From the NCBI GenBank assembly GCA_965237905.1, contig OZ250172.1, positions 288,001 to 352,000 of the forward strand: a stretch of 64,000 bases of DNA. Reading direction: 5' to 3'. Numbering within the stretch: position 1 is the first letter of the stretch; each line of letters opens with the position of its first letter. The notes under the pieces were generated by a model that saw only the letters and a list, made by a program, of their open reading frames with translations, was not told the DNA's origin and searched no databases. Origin of the DNA: Nitrospinaceae bacterium (lineage in GTDB: Bacteria; Nitrospinota; Nitrospinia; Nitrospinales; Nitrospinaceae). Both the position numbers and the translations under genes were made by a program. Positions 29,963-40,241 of the stretch are shown piece after piece.

Positions 29963-30688
29963 ATGTCCAGAAGCGACGGGCGTGCGCCCAATGAAATGAG
30001 AGCCGTATCCATCAAGAAAAACTTCATCAAACACGCCGAGGGATCCGTCCTCATTCAGGTGGGAAGCACCCAAGTCATCTGCAACGCCAGCGTCGAGGAA
30101 AAAGTACCCCCTTTCTTGCGGGATAAAAAACAGGGATGGGTGACCGCCGAATATTCCATGCTCCCCCGCTCCACCCATACCCGCACCCCCCGGGAATCGT
30201 CCCGCGGCAAAGTTTCCGGGCGCACTCAGGAAATCCAACGGCTCATCGGCCGATCCCTGCGCACGGTGGTCGACATGGAACAACTGGGCGAGCGCACCAT
30301 CTGGATCGATTGCGACGTCATTCAAGCGGATGGGGGAACCCGGACGGCCTCCATCACCGGCGCCTTCGTCGCCATGTGCCTAGCCATGAAACAACTGAAA
30401 AAGGAAAAGAAGATCGAGACGATACCGATCAAGGATTTCGTGGCGGCCACCAGTGTCGGCATTCTGGAAGGCAAAAAGATTCTGGACTTGGAATACAGCG
30501 AGGACTCGGTAGCGGAAGTGGATATGAACATCGTCAAAACCGGGAGCGGCGGATTCGTGGAGATTCAGGGAACCGCAGAGCAGGAACCCTTTTCAGAAAA
30601 AGATATGGATGCGATGCTCAGTCTGGCGAACAAGGGAATCAAAGAATTGATCGCTCTCCAGAAAAAAACCATCGGAAGCCTGACTTAG
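29963..30688 (+). CDS. rph: Ribonuclease PH
   Basis: [48 protein letters not shown]. Confidence 0.97.
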   Translation: MSRSDGRAPNEMRAVSIKKNFIKHAEGSVLIQVGSTQVICNASVEEKVPPFLRDKKQGWVTAEYSMLPRSTHTRTPRESSRGKVSGRTQEIQRLIGRSLRTVVDMEQLGERTIWIDCDVIQADGGTRTASITGAFVAMCLAMKQLKKEKKIETIPIKDFVAATSVGILEGKKILDLEYSEDSVAEVDMNIVKTGSGGFVEIQGTAEQEPFSEKDMDAMLSLANKGIKELIALQKKTIGSLT

Positions 30689-30782
30689 TATTTTCAAATA
30701 AGCTGCACATAGATCACCCAAACCGACCACCCCTCAGCCAGCCCGTCACCCTGTGAGCACCCCCCGGAGGGTGAGCAGTATA

Positions 30783-30802
30783 GAGTCCAGCGTCACGCTG
30801 GT
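30783..30802. repeat. REP-like palindrome, copy 2
   Basis: Identical to 11-30. Confidence 0.7.
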
Positions 30803-30874
30803 CGCCGCTGGAAAATCTATTGTCAGCCCCGCTTTCGAGCATTAACCTTATAGGGTAGAAAATGAATGGTCACG

Positions 30875-30892
30875 GTTGGTCTCCAGACCAAC
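30875..30892. repeat. REP-like hairpin GTTGGTCT-CC-AGACCAAC
   Basis: Perfect 8-bp inverted repeat just outside the cassette boundary. Confidence 0.5.
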
Positions 30893-30898
30893 TATGGC

Positions 30899-30931
30899 CT
30901 TATGTAGTCAAGAAGAGACTTGACCCCTTTT
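30899..30931 (+). repeat. Left 33-bp inverted repeat
   Basis: Exact reverse complement of 36406-36438. Internal hairpin GTCAAG-AAGAGA-CTTGAC. Confidence 0.95.
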
Positions 30932-30943
30932 TTCTTTTTTTTC

Positions 30944-30972
30944 TTGACAAAACAGAACAATCATTCTATAAC
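30944..30972 (+). promoter_or_regulatory. sigma70 promoter (TTGACA-N17-TATAAC) overlapped by a putative TetR operator
   Basis: TTGACA 30944-30949, TATAAC 30967-30972. CAGAACAATCATTCTA at 30953-30968. Confidence 0.65.
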
Positions 30973-30997
30973 TGATTCATAATAAATTCAATTGATT

Positions 30998-31579
30998 ATG
31001 AGCAGACCAATAGAATACAAGAGAGAAGAAGTCCTCGAAGCCGCTACCCATGTATTTTGGAAAAAGGGCTTCAATAGCACATCCATGAATGACCTTGTTG
31101 AAGCAACAGAGTTAAATAAGCATAGTATGTATGGTGAGTTTGAAAATAAGGAAGGTCTTTTCCTTGCGTGTATTGATAATTACGTAAATAAAACTACTAA
31201 CCTTTTAGTAGGCATCTTAACAGAAGAGCCTCTTGGTATTGGCAATATTAAAGCTTTTTTCGAAAACAGAATTGAGTATGCATCTTCAGGAGAATGTGAC
31301 GGATGCCTTTTGGTAAATACAGCAGTGGAAAACAAAACCCTCGATGACAAATTGAACAAAATAGTAAATAAAAATCTGAATGAACAAAAAAAAATGTTTT
31401 TAACATGTTTACATGCAGCGCAAGAAAACGGTGAGATTTCGAAGGAAAAAGATTGCAAGATGTTTGCGGATTATTTGATGTGCTTTTTAGAAGGCCTGAT
31501 GGTGATGGGAAAAACCAATCCTACTAAAAAATCGGTGAATAAGATTATGGATACCGTGATACAGGCTATAACAAAATAA
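30998..31579 (+). CDS. TetR/AcrR family regulator
   Basis: MSRP..EVLEAATHVFWKKGFNSTSMNDLV..SMYGEFENKEGLF ... GCLLVNTAVE. Confidence 0.93.
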   Translation: MSRPIEYKREEVLEAATHVFWKKGFNSTSMNDLVEATELNKHSMYGEFENKEGLFLACIDNYVNKTTNLLVGILTEEPLGIGNIKAFFENRIEYASSGECDGCLLVNTAVENKTLDDKLNKIVNKNLNEQKKMFLTCLHAAQENGEISKEKDCKMFADYLMCFLEGLMVMGKTNPTKKSVNKIMDTVIQAITK

Positions 31580-31594
31580 TTTTTTGACTAATTA

Positions 31595-31610
31595 CAGAAT
31601 AATAGTTCTG
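31595..31610. promoter_or_regulatory. Second putative TetR operator CAGAATAATAGTTCTG
   Basis: Palindromic arms CAGAA..TTCTG, similar to 30953-30968. Confidence 0.55.
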
Positions 31611-31641
31611 CAATTGGTTAATTCACAAAGGGAGTCACAAA

Positions 31642-32529
31642 ATGAGTAACCCATTAAACATATTAATCACAGGAGCAACCTCAGGCTTTGGCAAACATAC
31701 TGCGGAAAAGCTTGCCAATGATGGACATCAGGTGTTTGCTACCGCGCGAGGAGTCCACGGCAAAAATGCGGACGCCGCTCAAAGCCTTGAACAATGGGCA
31801 AATGATCAGAAACTTAACTTAAAAGTTGTAGAGCTTGATGTTTCAGATGATCAATCTGTAAGTCAGGGAATATCCTCGATACTTAGAGATGCAGGTCATC
31901 TGGATGTTGTTGTTAACAATGCTGGTATCGTAGGGCTTGGTCCGATTGAAGCTTATTCCATGGATCAAACCCAGAAAATGTTTAATACCAATGTATTTGG
32001 TCCGCTCCGTGTTATCCAGGCTGTTTTACCAAGCATGCGCAAACGTAAATCGGGCTTAATAATTCAAATTTCAAGTGTTGGAGGAAGAACTTATTTGCCT
32101 TTTCATGGAACATACAATTCAACAAAATGGGCAGTAGAATCCATCGCCGAAGGTCTACATTATGAATTAGCTTTAGATGGAGTTGATTCAGTTATTATCG
32201 AGCCCGGTGCATTTAATACTGAAATAATGGGTAAATTTGCCGCTCCAGATAATATTGAGATTGATGCAGAATATGCTGAATTTAACAAAGGCAAAGAGAT
32301 TATGTTTGGACCAATGATGGGGGCCATTACTGCTGACGATGCACCAGGCCCTGTTTGGATTGCGGACGCAGTAAAAAAGTTGGTAGACATGCCTGCCGGT
32401 GAACGGCCGATTCGAACTGTCGTTGGCAAAGCCGCAACAGCTGGTGTCCGAGAGTTAAACGAAGCTCAAGCCGTCGCACAAGAACAACATTTAACTGCAT
32501 TGGGTTTAGAAAGCTGGAATAAAAACTAA
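31642..32529 (+). CDS. SDR family oxidoreductase
   Basis: TGATSGFG, NNAG, catalytic YNSTK. Confidence 0.93.
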   Translation: MSNPLNILITGATSGFGKHTAEKLANDGHQVFATARGVHGKNADAAQSLEQWANDQKLNLKVVELDVSDDQSVSQGISSILRDAGHLDVVVNNAGIVGLGPIEAYSMDQTQKMFNTNVFGPLRVIQAVLPSMRKRKSGLIIQISSVGGRTYLPFHGTYNSTKWAVESIAEGLHYELALDGVDSVIIEPGAFNTEIMGKFAAPDNIEIDAEYAEFNKGKEIMFGPMMGAITADDAPGPVWIADAVKKLVDMPAGERPIRTVVGKAATAGVRELNEAQAVAQEQHLTALGLESWNKN

Positions 32530-32561
32530 CACAACTTTTTAAAACTAAAGGATATCAAGTC

Positions 32562-33313
32562 ATGACAAAAAAACTTGAAGCCAAAGTGGCACTTATCACC
32601 GGTGGTAACAGCGGAATGGGTTTGGCTGCAGCCAAATTGTTCCAAGCCGAGGGAGCTAAGGTAATCATCACAGGCAGGCGAGAAGATGCCAATAACGCTG
32701 CACTCAAAGAAATAGGAGGAGACTGTATAGCCTTCACATCTGACTCTGCCAAACTTGACGACATTACAACGCTATATGAAAACGTAAAAGAGCGCTATGG
32801 GAAGATTGATGTCTTATATCTGAATGCTGGTATTGGCCGCTTTTCTCCCTTCAGCGAAGTTGATGAAGCCACTTTTGATGAACTGGTAAATGTGAATTTT
32901 AAAGGTCTATTCTTCAATGTTCAAAAAGCATTGTCGTTACTTGGTGAGGGCCTTCGGTGATTCTGACAACGTCTATCGCAGTTCAGAAGGGCTTCCCGGA
33001 AACTGCCGTCTATTCTGCCACCAAAGCAGCCGTCCGATCCCTTGCAAGAACACTTGCTGCCGAATTGGTGGATAGAAAAATTCGCGTGAATGCCTTGGCA
33101 CCTGGATCAATTGACACGCCGATCTTTGAAAATCTGGGCATACCAGATGATGTAGCAAAACAGACGAAAGCGTTCTTTGAGAGTATCATTCCAATGAAAA
33201 GATTGGGCCTTGCGAATGAAATCGCGAAACCGGCACTAATGCTCGCTTCCGATGATTCGTCGTTTATGACCGGATTCGAACTGGTGGTTGATGGAGGGGT
33301 TACTCAACTTTAG
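32562..33313 (+). pseudogene. SDR family oxidoreductase split by an apparent 1-nt deletion (or sequencing error)
   Basis: TGGNSGMG and NAG in 32562-32960, YSATK and VDGG in 32957-33313. Junction GAG GGC CT TCG GTG ATT at ~32946-32962. Confidence 0.8.
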
Positions 33314-33329
33314 CTGAAGGAATAAAACT

Positions 33330-33857
33330 ATGACCACACAGAAACTTTTGTCCGGAAGCAAGTTGCCCGAAATCAAGCTTTCACTCGTTGGAGGTGGAAC
33401 TGTCACTTTAGGAATTCCAGAGAAAAATGGCAACTGGCAATTGATTTTCGTTTATCGAGGGAAACATTGTCCCATATGTAAAGAATATTTGAAGAAACTT
33501 CAAACCTTGAACGACAAATTTCTTGCTATAGGTGGTGAGGTGATAGCTGTGTCTGGCGACCCGAAAGAGAAAGCCATGGATATGATGGAAGCCAGTGGTT
33601 TATCATTTCCTGTGGCATACGGACTGTCCATTGAACAGATGCAAGCCCTGGGTCTCTATATTTCCAATCCGCGGTCTCCTCAGGAAACTGATCGGCCTTT
33701 TGCAGAACCTGGAATGTTTGCTGTAAATACTGAAGGTAAAGTTCATTTGATAGATATATCAAACACCCCTTTTAATCGGGCAGACCCGGATGAATTATTG
33801 GATACCGTTGATTGGATCCAGAAGAACGACTACCCGATCCGCGGGACTTATGAATAG
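33330..33857 (+). CDS. AhpC/TSA peroxiredoxin-like redoxin
   Basis: YRGKHCPIC (CxxC), [16 protein letters not shown]. Confidence 0.85.
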   Translation: MTTQKLLSGSKLPEIKLSLVGGGTVTLGIPEKNGNWQLIFVYRGKHCPICKEYLKKLQTLNDKFLAIGGEVIAVSGDPKEKAMDMMEASGLSFPVAYGLSIEQMQALGLYISNPRSPQETDRPFAEPGMFAVNTEGKVHLIDISNTPFNRADPDELLDTVDWIQKNDYPIRGTYE

Positions 33858-33879
33858 CAGTCATTCAAGGAGTATGATG

Positions 33880-35121
33880 ATGAATTACTTTAAATCTCAA
33901 AGTCTTATCTTTGTTTTAGTTCTCTTAATGGGGTTCATTTTAAATTCAAGCGCATTTGCCCAGGATTTAAAACACGCCGGCGCTTTGGCATTCAGTCCAG
34001 ATGGTGTTCTATTTGTAGGCGATAACGAGGGAGGAGCGATCCACGCATATCAGATTGGTAAAGGAGAGGCACCTGAAAAACCCGTCCCAATTGATGTCGA
34101 TAATATCGATGCCAGAATAGCAAGCATTCTTGGCGTGGGCCCAAATTTCATCTCAATTAATGACATGGTCGTACATCCTGTAACCCAGGAAGTTTATTTA
34201 TCGGTTACTCGAGGTCATGGTTCTTCAGCCTTGCCAGCTATCGTTAAGGTAGATAGAGAAGGAAATTTAAAAAATATTCACTTTAACAAATTGAAAAATA
34301 CCAAGCAGATCCTTAAGAATATGCCGGATGGCAGCAAGCATTTCAAAGCGAGAGGCATGATGGCAATACCGCCTTCATTAAAAGATATTGCCAAATCGCA
34401 ACAGCCTATGCGCACCCTGGCGATCATGGATATCGAATATTATAAAGGTGAGCTATTTGTAGCGGGTATCTCTAATGAGGAGTTTGCTTCCACTTTAAGA
34501 CGAATGCCTTATCCATTTACCGGGAAGCATACATCCAGCCACATCAAAGTGTGGCATATTGCACATGATCAATTTGAAACCAGAGCGCCCATTCGCACCA
34601 TGGTTGCCAAAAACATTGGCGGCGCCGATTATCTGGTCGCTTCCTACACCTGCTCTCCCATTGTCCTTATTCCTCTAAAAGATCTTCAGGATGGCGCCTC
34701 TGTCACAGGCAGGACGATTGGCGACATGGGCAATGGGCAACCCCTCGACATGGTCCCGTTTAAAAGCAAGATGATGGGCGGCAAAGAGCTTTTGCTTGTG
34801 ACCAGCAACAGCCGGGGGCCGCAAGTTTTTCCTCTGGATGGATTGGCTGGCGCCAAGGTTTATACGGATACAACTCTGAAAAAGGGAATGAAGTTTGATC
34901 CGATGGGCGTATTTCCTATAGGACCCTTGGGTTACACACAGATGTTTGTAGGGTCCTCACTTCAGATGGATCTGCTCAACGACATGTTTTTTGTTTCCTT
35001 AACGCGAGATGCGCAAACAGGCAGTCTTGATTTGGAATCGTTACCGACCTTTTCCCCAGTAAAACTGCATCGTTTATATGCTGAGTATGATTTTCCTGGT
35101 TACCAGGCAAGGGAAAAATGA
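33880..35121 (+). CDS. Uncharacterised exported protein, probably beta-rich/propeller
   Basis: SD AAGGAG at 33867, signal peptide ..SAFA|Q, LAFSPDGVLFVGD, GISNEEFASTLRR, HIAH, YTC. Start is one of 33874/33877/33880. Confidence 0.8.
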   Translation: MNYFKSQSLIFVLVLLMGFILNSSAFAQDLKHAGALAFSPDGVLFVGDNEGGAIHAYQIGKGEAPEKPVPIDVDNIDARIASILGVGPNFISINDMVVHPVTQEVYLSVTRGHGSSALPAIVKVDREGNLKNIHFNKLKNTKQILKNMPDGSKHFKARGMMAIPPSLKDIAKSQQPMRTLAIMDIEYYKGELFVAGISNEEFASTLRRMPYPFTGKHTSSHIKVWHIAHDQFETRAPIRTMVAKNIGGADYLVASYTCSPIVLIPLKDLQDGASVTGRTIGDMGNGQPLDMVPFKSKMMGGKELLLVTSNSRGPQVFPLDGLAGAKVYTDTTLKKGMKFDPMGVFPIGPLGYTQMFVGSSLQMDLLNDMFFVSLTRDAQTGSLDLESLPTFSPVKLHRLYAEYDFPGYQAREK

Positions 35122-36263
35122 AAACGTACTTTCCTCCACTATTGCTAGCGGTTCTATTAAGTTTTGGCCTTTGGGGATTCTCTCAAGCTCCCCAAAGGTT
35201 GACGCTGGCCTATGCCGAGGGTGAATCCCCCATTATCTTACCCTTAAACCCTCAGCATATTTCACCAGCAATAGATTGGAAGGACTCATTTATAATCTAT
35301 GTCGATGACGCAAATCTTTGCTGTGATGGAAAGATTCCCGTTCAAGGGAATTATCTTTCCAGCAAAGATGGTGTCACCTTTCAGCCCGATTTCCCCTTTG
35401 CTGAAGGAGTCGTGTACAAACTCAGGATGAAGTCGGAACTGGTAAGCGATCTAAATGGCTTTGCAGTTGAAAGGATCACGGAACAAGGGCAGGAATATAT
35501 TGAGATCAAGTTCTCTCTTTCCAAAAAACAAGCGCAAGGGCATACCCGGGTAGTACAGATCTATCCCCGCAATGAAGACCTTCCTGAAAATTTACTGCGT
35601 TTCTATATCTACTTTTCATCTCCTATGCGTCGCGGTTTCTCTGGCAAAGCCATCAAATTGACAGATGAACATGGCGAAGAAATCAATAATGCATTTATGA
35701 AGTTCAAGCAAGAGCTCTGGAGTCCTGATCAACGAAGATTAACCCTCCTGTTCGATCCGGGGCGCATCAAACGCGGTGTCAGCACAAATCTGCAATTGGG
35801 CTCTGCTCTCCAGACGGGAAAAACATATCGACTTTTGATTGATAAAAAGTGGCTGGACGAGAATGGCAATACACTTAAAGAGGGCTACGAGAAGCGATTT
35901 CGAGTTTTTCCTGCTCTCCGCTCCGTTCCTGATCCAAATCAATGGAAAGTTACACTTCCGGCTGCAAATTCGGTGGAACCGCTTACACTTGAGTTCAATC
36001 GTCCCTTTGATCACGCTTTATTAACAAGGATGATTGAAGTTGATCAAGAGGGACAATTGGTCGCAGGAAGGATCCAAGTTGATGGAATGGAAACTCAATG
36101 GCGCTTTATCCCGTCCTATCCATGGAAAAAAGGAAAATACTCTATCCATGTTAACACTGCTTTAGAGGATATAGCTGGTAATAATTTGCGAGGTCCTATG
36201 GACCGTCCGGTAGAAGACAGGTTGAAAGAAGTTACTAGGATGCAATTGCCATTCAAGATTTGA
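35118..36263 (+). CDS. Uncharacterised exported protein with Ig-like domains
   Basis: ATGA overlap with the previous gene, signal peptide, LPENLLRFYIYFSSPM, LFDPGRIKRG, LEDIAGN. Confidence 0.8.
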   Translation: MKTYFPPLLLAVLLSFGLWGFSQAPQRLTLAYAEGESPIILPLNPQHISPAIDWKDSFIIYVDDANLCCDGKIPVQGNYLSSKDGVTFQPDFPFAEGVVYKLRMKSELVSDLNGFAVERITEQGQEYIEIKFSLSKKQAQGHTRVVQIYPRNEDLPENLLRFYIYFSSPMRRGFSGKAIKLTDEHGEEINNAFMKFKQELWSPDQRRLTLLFDPGRIKRGVSTNLQLGSALQTGKTYRLLIDKKWLDENGNTLKEGYEKRFRVFPALRSVPDPNQWKVTLPAANSVEPLTLEFNRPFDHALLTRMIEVDQEGQLVAGRIQVDGMETQWRFIPSYPWKKGKYSIHVNTALEDIAGNNLRGPMDRPVEDRLKEVTRMQLPFKI

Positions 36264-36405
36264 AAAATGTGGATTTTTTTTTCAGGAGGCAAATAGTTGT
36301 TAGAAAATTCCTCCCAGAGCAAAGCTGTTTCAGGGGTGGGCCACTTCCCTGTAGCAGACATCCCGGCTACTTTTTCAGAATAAAAAAGAAAAAAAGGAGA
36401 AAAAG

Positions 36406-36438
36406 AAAAGGGGTCAAGTCTCTTCTTGACTACATAAG
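36406..36438 (-). repeat. Right 33-bp inverted repeat
   Basis: AAAAGGGGTCAAGTCTCTTCTTGACTACATAAG. Confidence 0.95.
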
Positions 36439-36469
36439 AAATGCTTCCGAAAACCAACTCAATGGAGTT

Positions 36470-37123
36470 TCACCTGTGTTTGTCCACTCCTATGCGGGGG
36501 CAATGCTTATCGACCGGGCACTGACTGCACAGTGGTGATATTGGTTTGCAGACGGTTTGTCCAAAGCCCACCAGCCACTCGTTGATCCTTTTCCAATATT
36601 TCTGCGGGAGTTTTTTCCGCAAGGCATCTTCCGTTTGATCGGGCGTAGCGGTTTCGACATACCCCCAACGGTTGGCAATCCGGTGCACATGAGTGTCCAC
36701 ACAAATCCCCATACCATCAAACGCCAGGATCAGGGTCAAGTTGGCCGTCTTCCGGCCCACCCCTTTCAAGGTCAAGAGTTCTTCCAGGGTTTCGGGGACC
36801 TGTCCGTTGAATCGATCCATCAAGTCGGAACATAGCGACTTCAGGGCCTTGGCTTTATTCCGGTAGAAAGCCACGGGGTAGATCTCCCGCTCCAACTGCC
36901 GGGTTGATAATTTCAGAAGATCCCAGGGACCCTTCACCCTCTGAAACAACCGGGCACAGGCCGCTTCGGTGACCTCGTCCCGGGTACGGGCACTGATCAG
37001 GCACCCCACCAGAATCCGAAAGGGGTCGGCCTTTTGGCCGATTTTCACCATCGCGGGAGGCATTCTCTGCTCCAGGGACTTCCCGACACGGGCAAGATTT
37101 GCGGCCAGAATGCGATTATTCAT
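36470..37123 (-). CDS. nth: Endonuclease III
   Basis: HhH LKGVGRKTAN, VDTHVHR, CKPISPLCSQCP..C FeS motif. Confidence 0.93.
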   Translation of the reverse strand: MNNRILAANLARVGKSLEQRMPPAMVKIGQKADPFRILVGCLISARTRDEVTEAACARLFQRVKGPWDLLKLSTRQLEREIYPVAFYRNKAKALKSLCSDLMDRFNGQVPETLEELLTLKGVGRKTANLTLILAFDGMGICVDTHVHRIANRWGYVETATPDQTEDALRKKLPQKYWKRINEWLVGFGQTVCKPISPLCSQCPVDKHCPRIGVDKHR

Positions 37124-37236
37124 AATAAATCAACGGTCAGGGTATAGAAAACGCGCTAAGTTTTTGTTAGTATACCCGATTCACTATTTGGACCTCGCGT
37201 CCGAATGAATCCCAAATTTCAACATTCAGCACGGCA

Positions 37237-37725
37237 ATGCAGCACACAATTTCAGTTTTGGTGTCCAACAAGTTCGGGGTGTTGTCCCGTATTTCAGGCC
37301 TGTTCAGCGGCCGGGGGTTCAACATCGAGAGCCTGAATGTCGCCGAAACCAACGATCCCAATATTTCACGGATGACCATTGTCACCCGCGGCGATGATCA
37401 AAAAGTTGAGCAGATCACCAAACAGCTCAACAAGCTGGTGGATATTATCAAGGTTATCGACCTGACCGAGGAAAATTTTATCGATCGGGAAATGGTTTTG
37501 ATCAAAATGAACGCCGAGCAGAAAAACCGTGAGGAAATTCTGCGCATTGTAGAAATCTTCCGGGCCAAGGTGGTCGACGTCAGTTCATCCACCTACACCG
37601 TCGAAATAACGGGAGACCAGGGCAAACTGAAAGGGATCATGGAGTTGTTACGACCGCTGGGTATCAAGGAAATCGTCCGGTCAGGACGTATCGCCCTCAG
37701 CCGTGGAATGAAATCCATTAATTGA
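37237..37725 (+). CDS. ilvN: Acetolactate synthase small subunit
   Basis: VSNKFGVLSRISGLFSGRGFNIESL ACT domain. Confidence 0.95.
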   Translation: MQHTISVLVSNKFGVLSRISGLFSGRGFNIESLNVAETNDPNISRMTIVTRGDDQKVEQITKQLNKLVDIIKVIDLTEENFIDREMVLIKMNAEQKNREEILRIVEIFRAKVVDVSSSTYTVEITGDQGKLKGIMELLRPLGIKEIVRSGRIALSRGMKSIN

Positions 37726-37757
37726 CTCGACATAAAGGACAGTAAAGGAGAAATCTC

Positions 37758-38759
<1,002 letters not shown>

Positions 38760-38772
38760 CTCCGGGGTCCCA

Positions 38773-39402
38773 ATGAGAATACCCATCGCTTCCGATGGTT
38801 ACAGATTTATCATTCCCCTCGTCATCCTAACAGTCGCACTTGCCCTGTCGCCCCTGATCTGGCTGGCGGGAGTGTCGGGCCTGCTCCTGTTGTTCGTCCT
38901 TAATTTTTTTCGGGACCCGGAACGCGCCATTCCCAATGAGGAGCGGGTCATCGTTTCTCCCGGTGACGGCAAAGTGGTCGAAATCGTTGAGGAAAAGGAT
39001 GCCCTGCTGGACGAGCCCTACCGGCGTATCAGTATTTTTCTGAACGTCTTTAACGTGCACGTCCAACGGACGCCCGTTGCGGGCCGAGTTGAACAGATCA
39101 AATACAACAAAGGGAAGTTTTTAAACGCCGCCAGCCACAAAGCCTCGCTCGACAACGAACAGAATGCCATGATCATCCATACCGGACAGGAAAAGGTTCT
39201 GGTCAAACAAATTGCAGGTTTAATCGCCCGACGTATTGTATGTTGGGCCAAAGAAGGTGATAATTATAGTCTGGGACAGCGGTTCGGCTTGATCCGTTTT
39301 GGCTCCAGAGTCGACCTGTTCTTGCCGTTAAATGCAGAGATCAAAGTTTCCCTGGGCGACCACGTCAGCGGGGGAAGCAGTATCATCGGTTACCTCAAAT
39401 AA
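38773..39402 (+). CDS. psd: Phosphatidylserine decarboxylase (short type)
   Basis: FFRDPER, IFLNVFNVH, QIAGLIARRI, IRFGSRVD. Confidence 0.93.
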   Translation: MRIPIASDGYRFIIPLVILTVALALSPLIWLAGVSGLLLLFVLNFFRDPERAIPNEERVIVSPGDGKVVEIVEEKDALLDEPYRRISIFLNVFNVHVQRTPVAGRVEQIKYNKGKFLNAASHKASLDNEQNAMIIHTGQEKVLVKQIAGLIARRIVCWAKEGDNYSLGQRFGLIRFGSRVDLFLPLNAEIKVSLGDHVSGGSSIIGYLK

Positions 39403-39405
39403 AAA

Positions 39406-40170
39406 ATGAAAAAGGTTCCCAGAGTTCCATTCAAAAAAGGCATCTATATTCTCCCCAGCCTGTTCACCACGGGCAATGTGTTCTGCGGATTTTATGCATT
39501 CATATCCGTCCTGAACGAAAAGTTTTTCGTAGCGGCAGTGGCCATTGTGGTCGCTATTATTTTCGACGCACTGGATGGGAGAGTAGCGCGCCTGACCAAA
39601 ACGACCAGCGCGTTTGGGGTGCAATACGATTCTCTGGCCGATGTGATTTCTTTCGGGATGGCCCCTGCCTTGCTTGCCTATGCCTGGGTATTGAAACCGT
39701 TCGGACGGCTGGGGTGGTTGGCTGCCTTTTTGTTCCTGCTCTGCGGGGCATTGCGCTTGGCGCGTTTCAATGTAACCAAACCGGATACGTCCGGGGACAA
39801 CTTTATAGGGCTCCCCATTCCTGCGGCGGCGGCAGTCATCGCTTCGATCGTCATCGCTTTCGAGGATCTGTTTAAAACCAAGCTCGATCCCATGATCATG
39901 GTTGCGGTGGTTTACCTGCTCGCTTTCCTGATGGTGAGCAATATCAAATACCCCGCGTTCAAGAAATTTGAATTTAAAAAACGGGTGACCTTTACCCGGT
40001 TCATGTTCGTCATTCTGTTTATATATGTCCTGGCCACCATCCCGAGAGAGGCCCTGTTTGTCCTCAGTTTTATTTATGCGATGGCAGGTCCCGGAAATTT
40101 TGTATTCTCTCTTTTCAAGAATTCTGATTCACAGAACTTGAATGAGACGGTCACCAAGCAGGATGAATAA
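39406..40170 (+). CDS. pssA: CDP-diacylglycerol--serine O-phosphatidyltransferase
   Basis: DALDGRVAR..FGVQYDSLADVISFG, LRLARFN, FIGLP. Confidence 0.93.
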   Translation: MKKVPRVPFKKGIYILPSLFTTGNVFCGFYAFISVLNEKFFVAAVAIVVAIIFDALDGRVARLTKTTSAFGVQYDSLADVISFGMAPALLAYAWVLKPFGRLGWLAAFLFLLCGALRLARFNVTKPDTSGDNFIGLPIPAAAAVIASIVIAFEDLFKTKLDPMIMVAVVYLLAFLMVSNIKYPAFKKFEFKKRVTFTRFMFVILFIYVLATIPREALFVLSFIYAMAGPGNFVFSLFKNSDSQNLNETVTKQDE

Positions 40171-40241
40171 TGTACGTGGATGTGGTTTTCATTTTTTAGA
40201 TTAACCTGTTTCAATTAATTGCAAGTTTGAAGGCCTGAATT

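Larger units (their letters stand above)
30899..36438. mobile_element. Putative non-autonomous cassette/island bounded by perfect 33-bp inverted repeats
   Basis: CTTATGTAGTCAAGAAGAGACTTGACCCCTTTT (30899-30931) equals the reverse complement of 36406-36438. Cargo is AT-richer and lies between core genes rph and nth. Confidence 0.65.

Noticed and set aside
29690..30325. 211-aa minus-strand ORF
   Set aside because: Largely antisense to rph.
30883..30910. Canonical dif/pdif site at the cassette ends
   Set aside because: TTATGT core present, but the XerC-side arm is unrecognisable on the left (CCAGACCAACT) and weak on the right. Kept only as an alternative hypothesis.
36260..36538. 92-aa ORF across the right inverted repeat
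   Set aside because: Low-complexity translation of A-tracts with no transposase motifs.
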